The notes: generated by a model not told the origin, from the sequence alone. Positions 1 to 7,686 are shown, counted from the first letter of the stretch. The stretch: 14,566 bases of DNA from Candidatus Woesearchaeota archaeon (GCA_038874655.1 JAVZBY010000007.1:1-14566); one strand, 5' to 3'. Translations and numbers: made by a program.

Positions 1-413
1 TTAAAGCAAATATTTTTTAATTCTAATATTTGATTTACAAGTTTGTTATAATCTAAGAAAACTTCTCTATTTTTTAAATAATATTGGTTATCTATTCTTA
101 TTTCTTTATCAGTTTCAAGCTCTTTGCTAAAACCATTAGGGATTATCTTTTTTTGCTCTAAAAATTTACAAATTTCGATTGTGCAATCATGAATTTCGCA
201 TTTTATCCCTATTCTCATAAGAATTGAATAGATAGCAAAATATTTACAATAGTATTTTGTAGTAGCAATCCAAACTTTTGATTTACCCTCAATTGTTTTT
301 AAAATATCAAGTGTTTCTTCAGCTGTTTGAATATATTCTTTTGCTAAATTTTCATTTGGTTCTATTTTTTTAATACCTTTAGATTGCTTTTTGCACCAAT
401 TTATTGTTACCAT
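1..413 (-). CDS. HEPN domain protein (putative toxin of an MNT-HEPN pair), 3'-truncated by the window edge
   Basis: Manual translation from ATG at 413: MVTINWCKKQSKGIKKIEPNENLAKEYIQTAEETL...WIATTKYYCKYFAIYSILMRIGIKCEIHDCTIE...DKEIRIDNQYY, open to base 1. It has HEPN-type YY..., H and Rx4Y motifs. Its start overlaps the stop of the MNT gene (ATGGTAA). Confidence 0.85.
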   Translation of the reverse strand, partial: MVTINWCKKQSKGIKKIEPNENLAKEYIQTAEETLDILKTIEGKSKVWIATTKYYCKYFAIYSILMRIGIKCEIHDCTIEICKFLEQKKIIPNGFSKELETDKEIRIDNQYYLKNREVFLDYNKLVNQILELKNICF

Positions 414-970
414 AAAAACCACCTTAAAAATAAATCTGCTCCTTTAATAATTAAATGTTTTTTAATTATTTCTTCTTTCAAGGTAATAGAAATATCTTCT
501 AAGTTTTTTACTTGAATAAGATGTAATTCTAAATTATATCTTTTTTTTATAAGATCAAGATTGTTTTTGTCAATATTTCCTATATACAAAATATCAATAT
601 CTTCTGCTTGATCAAAATCTTTTGATGCTGAGCCAAATATTAATACTAAATTTGTTTCATTTTGCTCATTAAAGAAAGAAATTAACTCTTTCAAACGAAG
701 CCATTTCTCAGAAAAATATATTAATTTTTCATTTTCAGAATTAACTAAATAATAGAATAAAACAGGATTATTAAAATTTAAGTAATATAACGAGAGTTTA
801 CCCCTAGTTTCTTTTTTTAATATAGCTTTTTTTTCTAATTCATTTAGTCTTAATCTTAAAGATGTATGATTCATACTAAGCTCTCTTGCTAATTCATTAA
901 GATGCATTTTTTCTTTAGGTTTATGTAAAAAAGGCCATAATGCAGAATATATTGTTAATTTTTTAACCAT
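407..970 (-). CDS. Winged-HTH + minimal nucleotidyltransferase (MNT) protein, putative antitoxin
   Basis: N-terminal wHTH (HLNELARELSMNHTSLRLRLNELEKK) and Pol-beta NTase motif FGS...DID (LIFGSASKDFDQAEDIDIL). Translationally coupled to the HEPN gene. Confidence 0.85.
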   Translation of the reverse strand: MVKKLTIYSALWPFLHKPKEKMHLNELARELSMNHTSLRLRLNELEKKAILKKETRGKLSLYYLNFNNPVLFYYLVNSENEKLIYFSEKWLRLKELISFFNEQNETNLVLIFGSASKDFDQAEDIDILYIGNIDKNNLDLIKKRYNLELHLIQVKNLEDISITLKEEIIKKHLIIKGADLFLRWFLW

Positions 971-980
971 ATTGTTAAAA
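950..980. promoter_or_regulatory. Putative autoregulatory operator of the MNT-HEPN operon
   Basis: Inverted repeat TTTTAAC-catatt-GTTAAAA (961-980) spans the start codon. TATTGTTAA is also directly repeated at 950-958 and 970-978. Confidence 0.45.
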
Positions 981-993
981 TAGTATCAATTAA

Positions 994-1010
994 TTAATAA
1001 ATTTTTTGTT
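994..1010 (-). promoter_or_regulatory. BRE/TATA promoter of the MNT-HEPN operon (probably leaderless)
   Basis: Minus strand reads AACAAAAAA-TTTATTAA, with the TATA centre about 27 nt upstream of the ATG at 970. Confidence 0.4.
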
Positions 1011-1030
1011 TTATAGATTTTTATTATACA

Positions 1031-1126
1031 CTAACAACCCTCTCTGTAAGGATTGCTTGGTGTTCTATCAACACCATCACATGAAATATCAGCCATTCCC
1101 GGATTTATGTTAGGGTCATTGGCGCT
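1031..1126 (-). other. GC-richer island: MopE-like metal-binding repeat fragment, or a 21-aa peptide ORF (1096-1031)
   Basis: Minus frame reads *SANDPNINPGMADISCDGVDRTPSNPYREGC*, resembling the DPxINPGAxEICDGxD putative metal-binding repeat. Contains the hairpin TGGTGTT-ctatc-AACACCA (1058-1076). Confidence 0.45.
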
Positions 1127-1143
1127 TTAATTTTAAATATAAA

Positions 1144-2088
1144 CTATTTGATAGGTTCTCTAATCTTTTCAGATAAAATTGTATTGCAGAAATGACATGA
1201 ATTAAAATCTCTAAAGAATTCTTTATTCATGATTCTTCTAATTCTTTCTTTTTTTAAAGCAGCAGCTTGTTTTAATCCTAAGATAAACAATTCTGAGAAA
1301 GTTTTTTCTTTTAAACTTCCTAATACAGCACCTTGGCCTATTGTATCGCAACAAAAGATATATTCACCATAAGCATTTATAGCAGGTTCATGATCATTAA
1401 TGTTGCCACAAAACTTTTCAGCATCAGTTACAGTAAATAAAGAGGTTGTGTTAGTTATCTCCAATCCTAACTTTTGTTTTTTTAATTCTTGTAAATAGTT
1501 ATAAACTTTAACTTTTTGTTCCCATTCTAATCTTAAATCTTGATTAAATTCAGTAGGAATGATTCCAGCAAACCTAACAGCATTTACTTTTAATTCTAAT
1601 GCTAATTTGATAAAGTCATCTATCTCATTAATGTTTTTTGAATTAACAGTAAAAATTAGCCTAACAAATATATTTTTTTCAACCCAATATTTTGCAGCTT
1701 CTTTTACTTTTTTAAATGAACCTTTTTGTCTTATGTAATCATGTGTTTCTTCTTTTCCACCATCTAGGCTTATTGCAATGAATTTTAATTTGTCTTTATG
1801 TTTTTCAATTAAAGAATCATATTTTTTATAAAAAAATCCATTAGTAACAAAAGACCATGTAAAACCTTTTTCTACTATTAAATCAACTAATTCTGAAAAG
1901 TTTGGATATAAAATTGCTTCGCCACCTGTAATAGCAATATGTTTAAAACCTAATTCATTTGCTTCATTTAAAGCTTTTTCAATTAATTCTAAAGGTAAAT
2001 CATATTGCTTTGTATAATAATCTCTTAAACAATGTTTGCATTTAAAATTGCATCTTGTTGTTATTATTAAAACTAATGTTGTTTTCAT
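1144..2088 (-). CDS. Radical SAM protein with C-terminal SPASM/twitch-like auxiliary Fe-S domain
   Basis: CxxxCxxC (CNFKCKHC), TGGE, VTNG and ISLDG motifs. C-terminal C...G...CC...LGSL...CHFC. Confidence 0.9.
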   Translation of the reverse strand: MKTTLVLIITTRCNFKCKHCLRDYYTKQYDLPLELIEKALNEANELGFKHIAITGGEAILYPNFSELVDLIVEKGFTWSFVTNGFFYKKYDSLIEKHKDKLKFIAISLDGGKEETHDYIRQKGSFKKVKEAAKYWVEKNIFVRLIFTVNSKNINEIDDFIKLALELKVNAVRFAGIIPTEFNQDLRLEWEQKVKVYNYLQELKKQKLGLEITNTTSLFTVTDAEKFCGNINDHEPAINAYGEYIFCCDTIGQGAVLGSLKEKTFSELFILGLKQAAALKKERIRRIMNKEFFRDFNSCHFCNTILSEKIREPIK

Positions 2089-2142
2089 TAAATTAATAAT
2101 TTTATTTTTTTAATTTTAAATTTTTTCTTTTTTTCTTAAATA

Positions 2143-2160
2143 AACAAAACTATTTAAAAT
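2143..2160 (+). promoter_or_regulatory. BRE/TATA promoter of the epimerase gene
   Basis: AACAAAAC-TATTTAAAAT about 25 nt upstream of ATG 2182, with no SD sequence. Confidence 0.35.
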
Positions 2161-2181
2161 ATAACTATATTCAATTTTTCT

Positions 2182-3102
2182 ATGAAAGTAATTGTAACTG
2201 GTGGTTGTGGTTTTATAGGCTCAAATTTAGTAGATGAATTAATAAAATTAAAACATGATGTAGTTGTAATTGATAACCTTAGCACAGGAAAAAAAGAAAA
2301 TCTGAATCCGAAGGCAAGGTTTTATTTAGTTGATATAAGAGAAAAGGAAAAAGTTGAGGATATTTTTAAAAAAGAAAAACCTGAAATTGTGAATCATCAT
2401 GCTGCACAAATTGATGTAAGAAAAAGTGTTTCTGATCCTGGTTATGATGCTTCTGTAAATATAATAGGTTTGATAAATTTGTTAAAAGCCTCAGTTGATA
2501 ATAAAGTTAAGAAATTTATTAATGTTTCTTCTGGAGGGGTTATATATGGTGATGATGCTAAACTACCCATAAAAGAAAATGAAAAAAAGAATCCAATTTC
2601 ACCTTATGGAATATCCAAATTATCTGGTGAATATTATGTAAATTTTTTTAATAAAATTTATGGATTAAATTTTACAACATTAAGGTATTCAAATGTTTAT
2701 GGACCAAGACAAGATCCAAAAGGAGAAGCAGGAGTAATCTCTATTTTTTCAAATCTAATGTTAAACAATAAACAACCAACTATTTTTGGTGATGGAAAAC
2801 AAACAAGGGATTATGTTTTTGTTAAAGATGTTGTTAATGCTAATATTTTGGCTATGGAAAAAGGAGATAATCAAGCCTTTAATATAGGGACAATGAGAGA
2901 AACTTCTGTGAATGAGTTGTTTAGTATAATGAAAGATATTATAGGTTTTAAAGGAAATCCTATTTATGCTGAAGCAAGAGCTGGTGAACTTTTAAGAAAT
3001 TGTTTAGATAACTCTAAAGCAAAAAAACTTTTAGGTTGGCAACCTAAATATAGTTTAAAAGAAGGATTAAAACAAACAATAGATTGGGTAAAAAGCTTTT
3101 AA
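2182..3102 (+). CDS. galE: NAD-dependent epimerase/dehydratase (UDP-glucose 4-epimerase-like extended SDR)
   Basis: TGGCGFIG Rossmann motif, HHAAQ, SSGG, catalytic YGISK (YxxxK), NVYGPRQD and GDGKQTRDYVFV. Confidence 0.9.
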   Translation: MKVIVTGGCGFIGSNLVDELIKLKHDVVVIDNLSTGKKENLNPKARFYLVDIREKEKVEDIFKKEKPEIVNHHAAQIDVRKSVSDPGYDASVNIIGLINLLKASVDNKVKKFINVSSGGVIYGDDAKLPIKENEKKNPISPYGISKLSGEYYVNFFNKIYGLNFTTLRYSNVYGPRQDPKGEAGVISIFSNLMLNNKQPTIFGDGKQTRDYVFVKDVVNANILAMEKGDNQAFNIGTMRETSVNELFSIMKDIIGFKGNPIYAEARAGELLRNCLDNSKAKKLLGWQPKYSLKEGLKQTIDWVKSF

Positions 3103-3122
3103 AGATAATAAATTAAAAATAA

Positions 3123-3461
3123 TTAAAATCTTGTATTGTTTTTTACAAAGCTTTGTCCTTGTTTTATGTGTAAATATAAAAATGCATAATAGTAATCTTT
3201 ACTAAAAATAACTGCGCTATTGAAAAGGTCTATATAAAAATGATGTTTAGGTACTAATAAGTTAGGTATATAAGAAGCGGCAGCTTGAAATAGATTAAAT
3301 TTATGAGATAAATATTGTTCATAAATTTCTCTTTTAATTCCAATTAGAATCTCTACATTTTTTTCAGAATATGTAATCTTTATAACTGATTGTTTATCAT
3401 ATGAATATAAAAAGGATGTTAAACCTTTTTCTAATACTTTAATTAGTTCAGATAAATTCAT
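3123..3461 (-). CDS. Hypothetical protein
   Basis: 112-aa ORF starting 7 nt downstream of tfe on the same strand. No recognisable motif. Confidence 0.55.
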   Translation of the reverse strand: MNLSELIKVLEKGLTSFLYSYDKQSVIKITYSEKNVEILIGIKREIYEQYLSHKFNLFQAAASYIPNLLVPKHHFYIDLFNSAVIFSKDYYYAFLYLHIKQGQSFVKNNTRF

Positions 3462-3468
3462 TGTAGTT

Positions 3469-4182
3469 TTATTTTTTCTTTTTTATTTTTTTTATTTTTG
3501 GTTTTTCTTTTTTTTGTATTTTTTTTATTTCTTTTGTTTTTTTCTTTTTTATTTTTTCAATCTTTTTAGAGTTCTCTTTTTTAATTTTTTTATCTGTTGT
3601 TCTTTCTTTTTTTGATTCTTTCGGTTTTTGTTCTTTTTTCTCTTCTATGTCTGGTTTTTTTTCTTTTGGTTGGTTTTTTATTTCTTCTAATTCTTTTGTT
3701 AGTTCTGCTATTTTTTCTTGTAAAAATTCAATTGTTCTTTTATTATCCATTGGATTCATGAGTTCGCCACATTCTGGGCATTTAAAATTTGCGTTAAAGG
3801 CTTTTTCAAAATCCATTCTTGTACATGCATTTTTACACATATAAAAGTCAAAGTTTTTTTCTTTTTCTAATCTTTCTTTTAATTTTTCTATTTTTTGCTT
3901 TAATAATTTAACATACATATGATCTATGTTTTCAGGATTAAAGTCCCAATAAGTTACATACCAACCTTTTTGCCTGTCTTTTCTTCTTTCAAAAGTAAGA
4001 ATATTGTTTTCAAATAATTTATATAATATGGCTCTTGCTTGGTGCAAATCCATTTTCATTTGTTTTGCAACTTCAAACTCAGAAACTTTTGTACCATTTT
4101 TTACAAATAATGTAATATTTACAGCGTCTTCTCCTAAAAGTTCAGAAACAATATCACTTATTATTTTATTTGTGATTTTCAT
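3469..4182 (-). CDS. tfe: Transcription factor E (TFIIE-alpha homolog) with Lys-rich C-terminal extension
   Basis: wHTH (SEFEVAKQM...ARAILYKL), the RRKDRQKGWYVTYW signature, a coiled coil, and a Zn ribbon (C..C...FEKAF..NFKCPECG...DN). Confidence 0.93.
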   Translation of the reverse strand: MKITNKIISDIVSELLGEDAVNITLFVKNGTKVSEFEVAKQMKMDLHQARAILYKLFENNILTFERRKDRQKGWYVTYWDFNPENIDHMYVKLLKQKIEKLKERLEKEKNFDFYMCKNACTRMDFEKAFNANFKCPECGELMNPMDNKRTIEFLQEKIAELTKELEEIKNQPKEKKPDIEEKKEQKPKESKKERTTDKKIKKENSKKIEKIKKKKTKEIKKIQKKEKPKIKKIKKKK

Positions 4183-4231
4183 TTGCTTTTAAAAAGAATT
4201 TTTTTTCTTGTTTAAATATTTAACTGAAATT

Positions 4232-4621
4232 TTAGCCTAAATAAGCAGGTGTTTTCTCATTTTTGTTATTTTTTTCTATGTTTGTTTCATTTTTAATATT
4301 GGATTTTTTTTGTTTTCTGTTTATTTTTCTTAATTGTTCAGGTTGTTTTATTTTTCCAAATTGTTTTTCATAATTAGCAATGTTTTGTTTTAGTAATTCT
4401 AATAAGTTTTTAGCCATAAAAGGATCTAATATAACTACATTATGTTTTATCACAATTGGCTGAAATTCTTGATTTCTTATATCAACTCTGGGAGTGACAC
4501 TTCTGAAATCTAGCATTATTCTTAGTGGATTATGAATTATTCCAATTTCATCTGCAAAAAAAACATTACCATTATCAATATCAAATTTAACCTTTTTTTC
4601 ATTGTTTTCCAATATAATCAC
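4232..4621 (-). CDS. DUF3467-like protein
   Basis: Motifs IMLDF and VILDPFMAKNLLELLKQNIANYEKQFGKI are typical of DUF3467. The GTG start lies within an AGGTGA SD, so the true start may be TTG at 4612. Confidence 0.7.
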   Translation of the reverse strand: MIILENNEKKVKFDIDNGNVFFADEIGIIHNPLRIMLDFRSVTPRVDIRNQEFQPIVIKHNVVILDPFMAKNLLELLKQNIANYEKQFGKIKQPEQLRKINRKQKKSNIKNETNIEKNNKNEKTPAYLG

Positions 4622-4723
4622 CTAGTTTTTTTAAGACTAATTTCTTTTTATTAAAGTTAAAAAAAGGTATTTAAAAAATTATTCTTTTAGTTTTTTGTTT
4701 GATTTTTTTGTATTTGTTTTTAA

Positions 4724-4742
4724 AACCGCAAAGCTTTTATAG
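4724..4742 (+). promoter_or_regulatory. BRE/TATA promoter of the arvABC operon, leaderless geometry
   Basis: AACCGCAAAGC followed by TTTTATAG (4735-4742), about 26 nt before ATG 4764. Confidence 0.6.
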
Positions 4743-4763
4743 TCATTAATAAATTTAAAAAGT

Positions 4764-5390
4764 ATGTTTGAATTTTTAAAAAAAGCATTTGGGAATTTTT
4801 TTAATAAATTGTTTAAAGGAAAGAAGAAGATAAAATTAGGTTTATATGGGCCACCTAATGGAGGAAAAACAACCTTAGCTAATAAAATATGTATGGACTG
4901 GCTTGGCGAAGAAATGGGGACTGCTTCTCCTATTGCTCACGAAACTAGGGAAATTCAAATTAAAGAGCAAATTACAATTAAGTCAAATGGAAAGGAATTG
5001 ACTTTTAATTTGGTTGACACACCTGGAATTGCTACCAAGATTGATTACGAGGATTTTTTAAAGTATATGGATGAGAAAGATGCCAAGCAAAGAGCAAAAG
5101 AGGCAACAAAAGGTGTTATTGATGCTATAAAATGGCTAGATGATATGGATGTTGTTATTATTGTTTTAGATGCAACAAAAGATCCTTATAGCCAAGTTAA
5201 TTTGACAATTATAGGAAATTTGCAGGCAAGAAATATTCCTGTTTTGATTGTTGCTAATAAAATTGATTTGAAGAAGGCAGATGTTAAAAAAATACAAGCA
5301 GCTTTTCCACAATATAAGGTTGTTGGAATCTCAGCAAAATTTGGAACCAATATGGACGAGTTTTATGAAAGCCTTATTGCTTTAGCATAA
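4764..5390 (+). CDS. arvA: Small Era/Ras-like GTPase ArvA (OapA)
   Basis: G1 GPPNGGKT, G2 HETR, G3 DTPG, G4 NKID, G5 SAK. Family motifs RAKEATKGVIDAIKWL and LDATKDPYSQVN. N-terminal amphipathic helix. First gene of an operon with DUF2073 and DUF2072 genes. Confidence 0.9.
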   Translation: MFEFLKKAFGNFFNKLFKGKKKIKLGLYGPPNGGKTTLANKICMDWLGEEMGTASPIAHETREIQIKEQITIKSNGKELTFNLVDTPGIATKIDYEDFLKYMDEKDAKQRAKEATKGVIDAIKWLDDMDVVIIVLDATKDPYSQVNLTIIGNLQARNIPVLIVANKIDLKKADVKKIQAAFPQYKVVGISAKFGTNMDEFYESLIALA

Positions 5391-5419
5391 GATTTTATTG
5401 AAATTAAAAAAGTTTTTAA

Positions 5420-5839
5420 TTGCATAAAATAATAAATATGAAAAAGAGGAAAAAAATGCTAACCTTACAATTTATTCCTTATAGTGAAATTGCTCATTTA
5501 AGCACAGAGGAAAGAATAAAAAAATTGTTGCAGTTAGCAAAAGATGAAAAAATTATTTTGATTGAAGGTAGAATTAAAGAGACAGAAAAAGCTGAGTTGA
5601 TTAAAAGAACAATGGAGAATATTGATGAAAAGTTTAAAGGAATTGAATTAGAAGATGTTAGTTTAGATAAAAAAAATAAAAACTTGTATGAAAAATTGCA
5701 TAAGTTTTTAGTTAAATTATTGTTGGGGAATAGAGAGGGTTTTACTATAATCGGACCTGCGAATATTGTTAGAGAGATTAAAAAGGATCCTGATAAAATT
5801 CAATTATATACAAAAGATATTTCTAAATCTAAAAAATAA
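5420..5839 (+). CDS. arvB: OapB/ArvB (DUF2073) family protein
   Basis: ERIKKLL...IILIEG...ELIKRTMENID..FKGIE and FTIIGPANIV motifs. The more likely start is ATG 5456 (MLTLQFIPY), preceded by AGAGGA. Confidence 0.85.
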   Translation: MHKIINMKKRKKMLTLQFIPYSEIAHLSTEERIKKLLQLAKDEKIILIEGRIKETEKAELIKRTMENIDEKFKGIELEDVSLDKKNKNLYEKLHKFLVKLLLGNREGFTIIGPANIVREIKKDPDKIQLYTKDISKSKK

Positions 5840-5863
5840 GAAATATAAAAATAGGATATAAAA

Positions 5864-6259
5864 ATGCCACACCAGTGTGTTAGATGCGGAACTTTTTATC
5901 AAGATGGTAGTAATGAGATTTTAAAAGGTTGTAAATGTGGAGCAAAATTGTTTTTTTATGTTAAGAAAGAGAAATTAGATGAGATGAAAGAAGTAACAGC
6001 AAAATTAACTAAAAATGAAAAACAACAGATTGAAAAAGATGTTTTTGATATTATTGGACTGCAAGAAACTTATGAAGAGCCAGTTGTCTTGGATTTGGAA
6101 TCTATAAGAATACAAAAACCAGGGAAATATGAAATTGATTTAGTTAGTTTGTTTAAAGAAAACCCTGTTATTTATAAGTTAGCAGAAGGAAAATATGTTA
6201 TTGATTTGCCAGAAACATTTAGTAAATTGAAAAATGAGAATAAAAAGAAGAAAAAATAA
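5864..6259 (+). CDS. arvC: OapC/ArvC (DUF2072) Zn-ribbon protein
   Basis: MPHQCVRCG...ILKGCKCGAKLFFY Zn ribbon, and C-terminal ESIRIQKPGKYEIDL..LF...EGKYVIDL. Confidence 0.9.
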   Translation: MPHQCVRCGTFYQDGSNEILKGCKCGAKLFFYVKKEKLDEMKEVTAKLTKNEKQQIEKDVFDIIGLQETYEEPVVLDLESIRIQKPGKYEIDLVSLFKENPVIYKLAEGKYVIDLPETFSKLKNENKKKKK

Positions 6260-7660
6260 TTAGATTATGTCATTAATATCATAAAGCAATACATTTTCTT
6301 TTTTTGCCAGTTCTTTCATTTTTTTATTAAAGCCTGACTTTGAGAAGAGAGCAAATTTTTCGTTTATTTTTTTGTTTTTTCTATCTTCTAGTTTATAATT
6401 TACGAATTTGGATTTTTCTTTTAGTTCATAATAAACATCAATATCAACTAAAGAGTTTTGCCATTTGCACTCTGCAAATAAAATTTCGTTTTTTTCCTCA
6501 GAGATTCCAATTATATCTATTTCTTTGTCCTTGTGCCACCATCTACCTACTAAATCGTAATATTTCTCATTTATAATTTTTTGTCTGGATATTTCTTCAA
6601 AACCAAAGCCAAAAAAAGAATTTATGTTGTTTTTAATATTATTAATTATATAGGAATAGTTATTTTGTTCTATATAACTTATATAAGGATAAATAAATCT
6701 AAACCAAAATTTAATAATATTGGATTTTATTTTATAAACAGAATTTCTTGTGTTTTTGTTATCAGTTATAGGAATTTCTCTTTCAATAATCTCATAATAA
6801 TTCAATAAATCATTCATAAAATCTGTTATTTCTGTTTGATGCTTTCGTAAATAAGAAGAAATTTCATTTAATTTTGTTTTTCCTTGAGAAATTGCTGATA
6901 ATATATCAAAATAATAACTTTTTGTTTTTCCAAACTCCTGCCTTAAAATGTTAATTACTTCGTTTTGTAAAGGTGCATTTTCCCTTAAAAATAAAAATTC
7001 AATTACTTCAAAAAAATCTTTTTCAAGTAAATCATAATCTTCTAGAGCAATATAATATTTAGGATATCCTCCAAAAATACTAAAAAATTTTACAATTTCT
7101 TCTTTTTTTTGATTCTTATTTTCAAAAAATTTTATAGTATCTTTAAAAGCTAAAGATTTTAATTTTAGTTCTTGATTAATTCTCCCATATAAAGGGCTTT
7201 TTAAATCTTCAAAAACATTTTTTATTAAGCCAATTAATGAGCCTAAAAAAATGAACATTATTTTTTTATTTTTATTTTCATCAATTTTTTTTTGCATATA
7301 TGAAAAAAAAGCTTTATATATATTATTCATATATTGAACTTCATCAAAAATAATAACATAATTTTCACAATAATTAAATAAGATTTCAATAAACTCCTCA
7401 ATTGATTGAAGTTTTCTAAAATTATCAATTATCTTTTTTTCCTTTAAAATATTTTCAAAATCTTGCAATAATAAATTTAAACTTTTTCCATCATAAATAA
7501 AAAAATATAAATGGTTTTTGTCTTTACTAAATTCTTGAACTAATCTTGTTTTTCCTATTCTTCTTGGACCATAAATAACAACAGAGATTAATCTATTTTT
7601 TGAAAGAAGATATAAATTATTTAACTCAGACAGCTCTTTTTCTCTATTAATGAATTTCAT
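6260..7660 (-). CDS. Archaeal (MJ-type) P-loop ATPase with wHTH and DUF234/PD-(D/E)xK nuclease-like C-terminus
   Basis: FINREKEL start, Walker A GPRRIGKT, Walker B IIFDEVQY, SPLYGR, GGYPKY, FWFRFIYP, GRWW..EIDI..FAECKW and FSKSGF. Confidence 0.9.
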   Translation of the reverse strand: MKFINREKELSELNNLYLLSKNRLISVVIYGPRRIGKTRLVQEFSKDKNHLYFFIYDGKSLNLLLQDFENILKEKKIIDNFRKLQSIEEFIEILFNYCENYVIIFDEVQYMNNIYKAFFSYMQKKIDENKNKKIMFIFLGSLIGLIKNVFEDLKSPLYGRINQELKLKSLAFKDTIKFFENKNQKKEEIVKFFSIFGGYPKYYIALEDYDLLEKDFFEVIEFLFLRENAPLQNEVINILRQEFGKTKSYYFDILSAISQGKTKLNEISSYLRKHQTEITDFMNDLLNYYEIIEREIPITDNKNTRNSVYKIKSNIIKFWFRFIYPYISYIEQNNYSYIINNIKNNINSFFGFGFEEISRQKIINEKYYDLVGRWWHKDKEIDIIGISEEKNEILFAECKWQNSLVDIDVYYELKEKSKFVNYKLEDRKNKKINEKFALFSKSGFNKKMKELAKKENVLLYDINDII

Positions 7661-7686
7661 TTTTTTTGTTTGTATTTTTTATAAAT

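Noticed and set aside
1031-1130. tRNA or CRISPR repeat in the GC-richer island
   Set aside because: No cloverleaf or TTC T-loop, and no recurring spaced repeat. A protein-like reading frame explains it better.
3647-4192. Plus-strand ORFs 3647-3844 and 4004-4192
   Set aside because: Antisense shadows of tfe. The Phe/Ser-rich composition mirrors Lys/Glu codons.
4622-4763. Replication origin next to the oap/arv operon
   Set aside because: No ORB or G-string repeats and no cdc6/orc1 gene. AT richness is not distinctive in this genome.
6340-6808. Plus-strand ORFs 6340-6576 and 6581-6808
   Set aside because: Antisense to the well-supported ATPase gene, with no motifs.
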